Of a DNA stretch of 64,000 nt, positions 34,220 through 46,200 are shown in pieces; the stretch's first letter is position 1, and the number at the start of each line of letters is the position of its first letter. The translations under genes and the position numbers were made by a program. Below the pieces are notes generated by a model. That model saw only the letters and a list, made by a program, of their open reading frames with translations, ran no database searches and was not told the DNA's origin. This stretch comes from Macrostomum lignano (lineage: Eukaryota): the NCBI GenBank assembly GCA_002269645.1, contig NIVC01000337.1, positions 434,001-498,000 on the forward strand, written 5' to 3'.

Positions 34220-37200
34220 TCAGAAAATCCCTGATCCCTTCTGCAGGCCGGCGCGGGCCGCCCCGCTAAACAGCAGCGGCTGGTCGATGCCGGCGGACGC
34301 CGAGCGGACCAGCGCGCCTGGCGCCAGGCCGGGCCGAGCGCGCCGGCTCAGTCGGCGCCGACAACGGGAGGCGGCGAAGGCCAGCAGGCCGGCGGCGGCC
34401 AGCAGGGTGCAGGACAGCGCGAACAGGCGGAAAGCGCGGTCGATGGGCGCCGCCGCCGTCTGCTGGCGGTTGCGAGTGGCGGACTCGAGCGACTCGGCAG
34501 ACAGGCGGTCGGGCGGCAGCGGCACCCGGTCCTCGGGCAGCAGCGCCAGGCTGGCCGCGCGGAAGGCCGGCCGCTTCAAATCTTCGGCTGCCTCGGCGGC
34601 GACGCGGCGGCAAGGCGACGGCGTCGGGCAGGCCGGCAGCGGGCGGTGCCGCCGGCGGGGACTGGCGGCGTCGATCTGGTCGGGCGCGGACGGAAGCAGC
34701 ACCCGGCTGTGCAACCGCAGGCGGCTGCCCTCCATGCGCATCGGCAGCGGCGAAGACGGCACACCGGCAGACTTCCAAGTCTGGAAGCCGTCGGCGAAGG
34801 CGGGCAGGCGGGCGGCGGTGGCGAAGTGCAGCATGGCGGCCACCAGCCAGTAGCAGTCGGCCAGCTGGTGCGCCGAGTCGGCGCAGTTCGAGTCGCCGAG
34901 TACGGCAATCCGGCCAGTGCCGGGCCGCACCGGCTGCGAGCCGGCGTGGGCGAAACCGAGCACGGGGGCGCGGACCTCCAGGCGAGACTTGGCGCCGCCG
35001 GCCTGGCCAGTGCGATGGCGGGGGTCAAAATCTCACCCCAATGAAACTACAGGATTCAAAATCTCACCCCAATAAAACTAAAGGATTCAAAATCTCACCC
35101 CAATGAAACTAAAGGATTCAAAATCTCACCCCAATAAAACTAAAGGATTCAAAATCTCACCCCAATGAAACTAAAGGATTCAAAATCTCACCCCAATGAA
35201 ACTAAAGGATCCAAAATCTCACCCCAATGAAACTAAAGGATTCAAGATCTCACCCCAATGAAACTAAAGGATTCAAAATCTCACCCCAATGAAACTAAAG
35301 GATCCAAAATCTCACCCCAATGAAACTACAGGATTCAAAATCTCACCCCAATGAAACTAAAGGATTGAAAATCTCACCCCAATGAAATTAAAGGATCCAA
35401 AATCTCACCCCAATGAAACTACAGGATTCAAAATCTCACCCCAATGAAACTAAAGGATTCAAAATCTCACCCCAATAAAACTACAGGATTCAAAATCTCA
35501 CCCCAATGAAACTACATGATTCAGAATCTCACCCCAATGAAACTGAAGGATTCAAAATCTCACCCCAATGAAACTAAAGGATTCAAGATCTCACCCCAAT
35601 GAAACTACAGGATTCAAAATCTCACCCCAATGAAACTGAAGGATTCAAAATCTCACCCCAATCAAACTACAGGATTCAACTAGCAATCTAGTGCGGCCCC
35701 CCTTCGGGGCGCCCAATAAGAAAGGAGCAAAAATAGTTCATGGAAAACAATAAAAAAACACATTTTCTTAAACACTAATTCCTTCTTCACATTTTAAAAA
35801 TCACCTTATTCGTGTAAAATTGTCACGGACTAAGATGTTTGCAAAATTAAAAAATCACTTTTTCTCTAAAGTTAACAAACAGTCAACAAAATATTGTTTC
35901 CCCAAATAGAAAATATTCCCAAGACAGCAAGCAACCCCCTCCAAAAGTGAACAATCGCAGATAGCAAGCATCCTCTAATGCTCATAGCAAGAATCACCAC
36001 AGATAGCAAGCATCTGCAGATAGCAAGCACCCCCCAGATATTATAGAAGCATCCACCCAGATAGCAAGCATCCACCCAGATAGCAAGCATTCTGCAGATA
36101 GCAAGCACCCCCCAGATATTATAGAAGCATTCTGCAGATAGCAAGCACCCCCAGATATTATAGAAGCATCCACCCAGATAGCAAGCATCCTGCAGATAGC
36201 AAGAATCCCTAAATAGCAAGCATCCTGCAGATAGCAAGAATCCCTAAATAGCAAGCATCCCTGGATAGAAAGAATCCCATGCATGTAGCCAGTACCCCCT
36301 CTCCCAAATAGCAAGTATCCCCCCTCGATAGCAAGCATCCACGAGACAGCAAGTAGCTAGTGCAAATGTTACTTCCGCTAATGCAATAATCACTTTCTCA
36401 GGTTGTGCAACAATCCACGTCTCAGCGAGCGCAATAATCTCTTTTTTAGACAGCGCAGTAATCAGCTTCTCAGCTAGTGCAATAATCCTTGGTTTATTAA
36501 TAGCAATAATCCTTGATTAATCAAGTGCAATAATCCTTGGTTTATCAAGTGCAATAATCCTTGGTTTATTAAGTGCAATAATCCTTGGTTTATCGAGTGC
36601 AATAATCCTTGGTTTATCTAGCGCAGTAATCCTTGGCTTATCAGGTGCAATAATCCTTGGTTTATCAAGTGCAATAATCCTTGGTTTATCGAGTGCAGTA
36701 ATCCTTAGTTTTCCAAGTGCAGTAATCCTTGGTTTATTAAGAGCAATAATCCTTGGCTTATCGAGTGCAGTAGTCCTTGGTTTATTAATAGCAATAATCA
36801 TTGAATAATCCAGTGCATTAATCCTTGGCTTATCAAGTGCAACATTCTTTACTATCAAGTGCAATAATCCATGGCTTATCAAGCGCTGTAATCCTTGGTT
36901 TATCAAGTGCAATAATCCTTGGTTTATCAAGTGCAATAATCCTTTGTTTATCAAGTGCAATAATCCTTGGTTTATCAAGCGCAGTAATCCTTGGCCTATC
37001 AAGTGCAATAATCCTTGGTTTATCAAGCGCAGTAATCCTTGGCCTATCAAGTGCAATAATCCTTGGTTTATCAAGTGCAATAGTCTTTGGTTTATCGAGT
37101 GCAGTAATCCTTGGTTTTCCAAGTGCAGTAATCCTTGGTTTATTAATAGCAATAATCCTTGGCTTCTTGAGTGCAGTAATCCTTGGTTTATTAATAGCAA

Positions 37201-40200
37201 TAGTCCTTGGTTTATCGAGTGCAGTAGTCCTTGGTTTATTAGTAGCAATAATCCTTGGCTTATCGAGTGCAGTAATCTAAGTGTTTTTATTTAGTCCTTT
37301 AATAAAACCTTTTTATAAAAAATTTTACACTACTACTTTTAAACTACTTAGATTCGAACCTAGGTCGCTGCGTTAGCAGTCTGGTCTGCTCAGCTCTAGG
37401 CTAGCTCTCATCGAAGTTATCAGTGATGTTGTACCACTTATATAATTCAACACTCACACCAAGTCAGGTAGAGTAAAAAGTCACACGAAGCAGTTATGAC
37501 ATAATCAATTTCTTAGGCAAGTCAGTACCAGTGTCTATGAAAGTTTACAATATGGTTACGTAATATAAATTCAGTACTGCGCTATGCTTTCACACTCAAA
37601 GCTGTGACGCAATTCAATTGAGTGTCAAATTCAGCCAGTACACAGACGATAAATAAAAAGCCTATTGTGATGATGCAATCTATTTCAGAATCAGAATTCA
37701 ACCAGTCAGTTTTTCTGCTAGCATTCTTACAATGCATTTCAAGTCGAAAGAGCTGCTTGACCTTTGCAAAAAAAGCATGTTTTTCGAATATTTAATCCCT
37801 TTAATATTGAGCAATTTCTTAGCCAAGATGCATGTACCGTCACGGAAAAATTTCTGATCGAACAGTGCAAGTTCGAAGAAAATCGGTTTAGCCGTTTTTG
37901 CTAAAATCGATCACACACACACGCACACACAAACAGACCATTTTTAGTATATGGACTAGCAATCTACGCCCCCCGTTGGGGAGCCAAAGAAATGCTATAC
38001 ACGTTTTTTTAATAAGCTACATGTATCCTTGAAATCTTAAAAAATCTCCTGTCAAACCTTGTAAGCCTTGACATGTCAGTAATTCCCCCCCCAGCTTTAA
38101 CATATCAACTTCCCCCTTGACATCTCAGCAATGCCCCCAATAAGCCTTGGAAATCTAAAAATATCTGTCAACCTTCTAACCCTAACCCTAACCCTAACCC
38201 TAACCTAACCCTAAAGCATTGAAATTTCAGTAATTCTCTCTAAGAGTCATTATAGCACTACTACAGCATTATAGCGATAAGCTTCTTTTATTTTTTACAT
38301 AACGCTTTTTTATCAGCGATCCCTCGCCTGAGGAGGCATCAAATAATGTAATAAAAAGTTTTCAATAAACTACATGTAGCTTCTGACTTTAGCCTTGAAA
38401 TCTCATTTATACCCCCGTGAGCCTTGACATCTCAGCTATTCCCCCCCGTAAGCCTTGACATGTCAGCGATGGCCCCCATAAACCTTGAAATCTAAAAAAT
38501 CCACTGTTAACCTTGAAACCCGATAAAATATAACCCTCAACCCACACCTGACCTAAACCTAACTTTAACCCAACCTAAAGCCTTGAAATCTCAGCAATTC
38601 TTCTCCCCTAAGCCTTGACATTTTAGTGATTCCTTCTTTAAGAATCACAGCACTATAACGATTTCCACCAAGCTTTGACATCGTAGCAATTCCCAAATGA
38701 ATCTTTTAACTTCGACATGACTTTTCTTTTATGTATACATAGTGCTACTTTTATTTTTTACATGACTCTTCTTCTATCAGCACCCCCCCATGGCGAGCCA
38801 ACAAAGAATGCAATAAAAAATTGAGTAAAGTACATGAACTTTGAAGTAGCTTCTGACTTTTGCTTTGAGATCCCAGAAACAACCCCCCCCCTCGTAATCT
38901 CAGTTATTCTCTGAGAGCCTTTACGTCTCAGTTTTTCTTCCCAGCACAGCATTATAGCTGCATTTTATTTTTACATGACACCCTTCACGTCTGACATGAC
39001 GCTTCTTTTGATTTTTACATTACACTTCTTTTATTCTTCCATGATGCTTCTTAATTTTTTAAATGACGCTTTCATTAGTTTTTAAATGAGGCTTCTATGA
39101 TTTTTTCATGACGCTTCTATGATTGTTTACATGACGCTTCTATGCTTTTTACATGACGCTTCTATGATTGTTTACATGATGCTTCTACGATTTCTGCAGG
39201 ACGCTCTATGATTTTTACATGATGCTTCTATGATTTTTTCATGACGCTCCTATGATTTTTTCATGACGCTTCTATGATTTTTTCATGACGCTTCTATGAT
39301 TTTTACATGACGCTACTATGATTTTTACATGACGCTTCCATGATTTTTTACATGATGCTTCTATGCTTTTTACATGACGCTTCTATGATTATTTCATGAC
39401 GCTTCTACGATATCTGCAGGACGCTTCTATGATTGTTTACATGACGCTTCTATGATTTTTACGACGCTTCTATGATTTTTTCATGACGCTCCTATGTTTT
39501 TTTCATGACGCTTCTATGATTTTTTCATGACGCTTCTATGATTTTTTACATGACGCTACTATGATTTTTACATGACGCTTCCATGATTTTTTACATGACG
39601 CTTCTATGATATTTTCATGACGCTTCCATGATTTTTTACATGACGCTTCTATGATTTTTACATGACGCTTCTATGATTTTTACATGACGCTTCTATGATT
39701 TTTTACATGACGCTTCCATAATTTTTTACATGACACTTCTATGATTTTTACATGACGCTTCCATGATTTTTCTTCATGACGCTTCTATGATTTTTACATG
39801 ACGCTTCCATGATTGTTTACATGACACTTATATGATTTTTTGCATGACGCTTCTATGATTGTTTACATGACGCTTCTATGATTTTTTACATGACGCTTCT
39901 ATGATTTTTACATGACGCTTCTGTGATTGTTTACATGACGCTTCTATGATTTTTTACATGACGCTTCTATGATTTTTACATGATGCTTCTACGATTTCTG
40001 CAGGACGCTTCTATGATTGTTTACATGACGCTTCTATGATTTTTTCATGACGCTTCAATGATTTTTTACATGACGCTTCTATGATTTTTTAGTTTTCTTC
40101 TTGGTGTTAAAAAGCTTTAATTAAAAAAATTCCACTCTCTAAAAATTCGAACCATCGTCCCTGCATTTAGCAGTCAGTCTGTTTACCTCTAGGCTAGCTC

Positions 40201-43200
40201 TCATCGTTTTGATAATATGAATTTTAGCACTTATAATTATAAGTTTCAAAACTCCAAGCATAGAGTAAATCACACGAGGCAGTTATGACATAATCAATTT
40301 CTCAGTCAGTCAGTATCAGTTAACAATATGGTTACGCAATTTAAATCAAGTCTGGTGCTACGCTTCCACACTGCATTTTCAATTCAAGTCAGAGTTACAA
40401 TTCAGTTATGATGCAATCTATTTCAGAATCAGAATTCAACCAGTCAGTTTTTTCTCTAGCATTCTTACAATGCATTTCAAGTCGAAAAGTTTGCTTGACC
40501 TTTGCAAAAAAGCATGTTTTTCGAATATTTAATCCCTTTAACATGGAGCAATTTCTTAGCCAAGATGCATGTACCGTCACGGGAAAATTTCTGATCGAAC
40601 AGTGCAAGTCTCATGAAAATCGGTTAAGCCATTTTTTCTCTAATCGATTACAAGCAAGCAAGCAAGCAAGCAAGATTTTCATTTTTAGTATATACGAGGC
40701 CAACTCCTCCGATGGAGGAGAAAGGGGAAGAACTCCCATCACCGGAATTCCATTCCCTGAAATCCATCAGCTGAAATTCCATGACTTGAATCCCATCTTC
40801 CAAATCATCTCCAAATCCTCTGTAAAGCCTTTCAAATACCATATCTTGTTTTCCCTGTTCGCAAAAACTGACTGCCATTGTCCAGACTCAGATTCTTCTG
40901 TCTCCTCTCTTCTCTTTTCTCTCCTCTCACGTCTCTCATCTCTACCACCTTATTTATCTCTTCTCCCTCGTCTTTCGTCTTTCTCTCCTGTCTCCTTTAT
41001 CCCCTGTTTTCTCCTCTCTCCTCTCTTCTCTCCTCTCTCATCTCTCATCCCTCATGCCTCATCTCACTATTTCTTTCTCCTCTACTCTCAGCTCCTCTCT
41101 TCTCTCTCCTCTCATCTCTCCTGTCTCCCTCTGCTATCTCATATCTTCCCTCTCATCTCCTCTCTCCTCTTTTCTTCTCTCTCCCTCTTCGTTCCCGCCT
41201 TACTCCCCTCTTCTCTCCCATCTGTCATGTCTAATCTGTCCTCTCTCATCTCTACTCTCTTTTCTATAATCTCTTCTCTCTTCTCTTTTCACTCTTCTCT
41301 TTACCCTCTTTACTGACTGACTGAAGATACCAAATCCATAAAAATCCCTTCGTGAAACAGAAATCCTCTCCGCGAAACAGAAATCCTCTCCGCGAAACAG
41401 AAATCCTCTCCGCGAAACAGAAACCCTCTCCGTGAAACTGGACTCCTTTCGAAATCCAATCCGCGAAACAGAAATCCTCTCCGTGAAACTGGGCTCCATG
41501 GAAATCCTCTGAGTGAAACTGACATCCATCAAAATCGTCTCCGTAAAACAGAAATACATCTAGATTCTCTCCACGAAAAAGAAATCCTCTCCGTGAAACC
41601 GAAAACCATCAGAATACTCCGTGAAACTGGACTCAATCGAAATTTTCTCTGTCAAAAAGAACTTAACTCTCAGAACTCATTGGTTAGGGTTAGGGTTAGA
41701 GCTGCATAGAGCTGCGTGTTGAATTAATTGAATCAATTAATTGCGCAAACCATTTCTCAGTCAGACAGTATCAGTCTTATTTAAAGTTAAATAAACGGTT
41801 GCGCAATCTAAATCAACCCTCCAATACGCAGCGGCAGACCCCCTTCCAATACGCCCAACTTTATCTATTACGTCTCGCAAAACTGAGTACAATTTTTGCA
41901 GAAAGTTAAAAGTATGGAAATAGTTTTTTAAATGCGGTGCTTTCTCTTTTCATATTTAAAGCATACAACTTATATCCCCGAACTCAGCGCTGCAAGATCT
42001 TTCCAGCAATATAAGTCTCTCCTCTCAAAGTTTAAAACTCGAGGAACAGTTAGCGTTTGAAATTTACCGATTTCCCGACTGCTTGCTAGAGAAGCTCGCA
42101 AGTTTATTCATTGAATTTCACTGCCAAACTAATACACAGGGCTGCCAATAATAAAACCAAATGAATCTCGACACAGTCTATCTATTTACACTGTACAACT
42201 GCTATGTACACTCAGCCCAAGCCCAACCCCCGTTCTGGGGGAAGCATTAAATTTAATTCAACCCCCCAATACGCGGGGGGTTTTATTTGCATTGAACCCA
42301 GAACACGCGCACCCACCACCCCTCAATACACAGCGGCCCGCGGGCGGAGGTTGGGGTGGCTATTTTTACAAACTGGCTGCAGCCCCAGGCAGAGTGGCCA
42401 AAGAAGGTTATTGGGGGTTAAAAAAGCAGATTTATGCTTTTTTAGGGATGTTAAAATGTGAAAATTAAAAATTAAAATAGCCTAAAGCCTGCTCCGGAAA
42501 ATTTGCAGTTTTCCCATATAAGTTTCGACGCTGACTTACCAGAATTGTAGGAGTTCACTTGCAACATACAGACAGACAGACAGACAGACAAACATCGCGT
42601 CGGTTTTAGTATTAGGAAAGGAAGATTGCAACATACAGACAGACAGACAGACAGACAAACATCGCGTCGGTTTTAGTATTAGAAGATTAAAATAGCTATA
42701 AACCCAATCCGGAAAATTTGCAGTTTTCCCATATAAGTTTCAACGCTGACTTGCCAGTAGTCTAGGAGAAAAATTGCAACACACAAACAAACATCGCACC
42801 ACTTTTAGTATTAAGAAGGAGGAAATCTCACCCCAATGAAACTAAAGGATTCAAAATCTCACCCCAATAAAACTACAGGATTCAAAATCTCACCCCAATG
42901 AAACTACAGGATTCAAAATCTCACCCCAATGAAACTAAAGGATTCAAAATCTCACCCCAATGAAACTACAGGATTCAAAATCTCACCCCAATGAAACTAA
43001 AGGATTCAAAATCTCACCCCAATGAAACTAAAGGATTCAAAATCTCACCCCAATCAAACTACAGGATTCAAAATCTCACTCGAAACTAAGCTAAGCAGCC
43101 CCCTCTGCTTGGGAAAAGAACCTCAGACTGCATTCCCGCCGAACCCGCACCTGCATCAGCTGGTGGCCCTCGTCAGCCAGGGCGGCGGTCAGCACCCGGC

Positions 43201-46200
43201 CGTCTTCCGGGAACTTGGCGATGTCGCAGCCGGACGAGAACGCCACCAGCCGGTCGCCGAGCCGGAATTCACCGTCCAGAACCCGGTCGCCAAGCGCCAC
43301 GCCGAACTGGCCAAGGAGGTCGTTGAGCGCCGGCACGTTGGCGCCGCCGGTGTCGGGCACCCACCACTGCCGGGTGTTCTCGTCGAAGAACCGGACTCGG
43401 CGCATCACGCTGGTGTTGTACCAGTCGGCCAGCACCAACACGGACAGGCCGGCGGCCACATCGCGGCCGAGCTTGGCCACCTCTTCGGGGAAGAATTCCT
43501 CTTCGGTGTCCACCAGGAGCAGGGCGCCGTAGTTTGACGCGTTGTAGCAGGTGAGCGGCCGGCCCGCCACCTGGGAGCGGTGGGAAAGGATCAGCAATTG
43601 ATTCAGTGGTGGGATTACGACCCTGAAAGGCGATCCCATTCCATTCGAGATTAAGTGATAATGGGGATTTATTCGGTCTGAATGGGATCTCAATCAGTGT
43701 GGGATGGGATCTCAATCAGTGAGGGATGGGATCTCAATCAGTGAGGGATGGGATCTCATTTAGTGAGGATTGCAAATCTTCCAATCTCACTAAATGATAT
43801 TCAATCTTCACCGATTAAGATCCCATCGTCACTGATTGAGAGATCGTCTTCACTGATTGAGATCCCATCCCTCACTGATTGAGATCCCATCCTCACTGAC
43901 TGAGATCCCATCCTTATTGATTATGATCCCATTCTCAATGATTGAGTGAGATCCTATTCCGACCGAATAAATCCCCATGATCACTTAATCTCGAATGAAA
44001 TGGTATTTCAGGATCGTAATCCCACCACAGAATCCATTGCTGGGCCTTTTCCACCCCTCCCCAGGTGGCGGAAATCAGTGTGGGATGAGATCTCAATCAG
44101 TGAGAATGGGATCTCAATCAGTAAGGAATGGGATCTTAATCAGTGAATATGGAATCTCATTTAGTGAGATTAGGAGACTTGCCAGTCTCAAAAACAGAGC
44201 TATCTCTCACCTCAACAAAGTAGCCGGCGGACCTGAGCCGGCCGTACAGGTCCCGAAAGTTGGTGTGCGGATGGTCGCCGTGCCAGTCGAGCGGGTCCAG
44301 CTTCACCCGCAGGTTATCCCTGGGGAAATAGCCGGACGGGTAGCGCAGGCTGTGGAACTGGTCCCACAGCAGGCGGCGGCTGCGGGGCGGCCTGGGCGCG
44401 ATGCGGACCCGCACAGGCAGGCTGAGCTCCGTGCTGGTCTCCTCGCCGACCCCGGCGCCTACCGTCTCCACCGTGAAGTTCAACCAGCCTTCGGCAACGC
44501 CGTCAAAGTCGGCGCCAGCCTCGGCAACGCCGAGCTGCAGGGCCAGCCAGCCGGACCACGGCCACAGCAGCTCGGAGTGGGTCGCCGACACCGTCAGCAG
44601 GCGGCCGTTCTGACCGTCGATCCACAGCGGCTCGCCTCGGATCCGGCCGGCCACCTGCGGGGATCAGGAATGGCTGAATGTACTTTACAGCAGCCGCAAG
44701 CTGCATAGACATGCATCTTCATACTAGCACTGGGCCCTTGGCGTTGATCAGTCTCACTTTGTAATTTCCCTTGTGGCTTTTCCCGCTGCCTCAGTGGCTT
44801 CTCCTGCTGCCTCAGTGGCTTCTCCCACTGCTTCAGTAGCTTCTCCCGGTCAATCAGTAGCTTCTCCCGTTGCCTCAGTAGCTTCTCCCGTTGCCTCAGT
44901 AGCTTCTCCCACTGCTTCAGTAGCTTCTCCCGGTCAATCAGTAGCTTCTCCCGGTCAATCAGTAGCTTCTCCCGGTCAATCAGTAGCTTCTCCCGGTCAA
45001 TCAGTAGCTTCTCCCGTTGCCTCAGTCGCTTCTCCCGGTCCATCAGTAGCTTCTCCCGTTGCCTCAATAGCTTCTCCCGGTCAATCAGTAGCTTCTCCCG
45101 CTGCCTCAGTAGCTTCTCCCGCTGCCTCAGTAGCTTCTCCCGCTGCCTCAGTAGCTTCTCCCGCTGCCTCAGTAGCTTCTCCCGTTGCCTCAGTAGCTTC
45201 TCCTGTTGCCTCAGTAGCTTCTCCCGCTGCCTCAGTAGCTTCTCCCGCTGCCTCAGTAGCTTCTCCCGCTGCCTCAGTAGCTTCCCCCGCTCAGCACCTT
45301 ATCTCACTACTCTCCACCTCAAATATCATACAACCCTACCTTCCCTACCACAGGCCAGTCAGAATTGACAAGCAGAACTCACCGACATGCCGTTAAGTAT
45401 GGTGACATTGACAACCACAGGCAGGCCAGTAAAGTACATCGGCTGGCTGCAGTACGGCCACATATAGGGACAGTCGGTGAAGTCAATGTAGCTGGGAGAC
45501 AGGCTGGCCTGAGGCTTGTAGGCCCGCAGCAGCTGGTATGCCCGCAGCAGGTCCAGCTTGCCGTGGCCCTGCTCAAACATATTAGCGTCCGGGAGCCGCC
45601 TGGCCGAAGCCAGCAGCGCCTGCTTGATGGAAGCCGGGTTGATGACCGGCCCCCGGTGCAGCACGGCGCTGTACAGCAGGGCGACGGCTCCGGCAACCAC
45701 CGGGCTGGCCACGGAGGTGCCGCTGAGGGCCCGGCAGGTCTCGCGCAGTCCGGAGCCGCGCACCCCCGCGCCGTAGGTGACAATGTCCGGCTTGAGCCGG
45801 CCGTAGCCATCCGGCAGCTCCCAGGTGGTCATGCCGCGTGAGCTGAATCTGGCGACCCGATCGTCGAAGTCGATGCCGCCGACTCCGACGACGTCCATCT
45901 GGTCGGCGGGGTTGTTAAGGGTGCCGTACAGAGGGCCGTCGTTGCCGATGGCGGACACCAGCACGACGCCGTTGCTGGTCAGCTCCCACACCTTGTCAAC
46001 GAATGGCCGGTCGAGAAAGTCCGGCCCGCCGATGCTCAGGTTGATCACGTGGATTCGGCGAAGCATGGCGTAGTTGAAGGCGTCCAGGAACCAGGACGTG
46101 TACGACACCTGGGGAGGGTGGGGTTGGCGCTGGGTGAGGAACCAGGACGTGTACAACACCTGGGGAGGGTGGGGTTGGCGCTGGGTGAGGAACCGGGACG

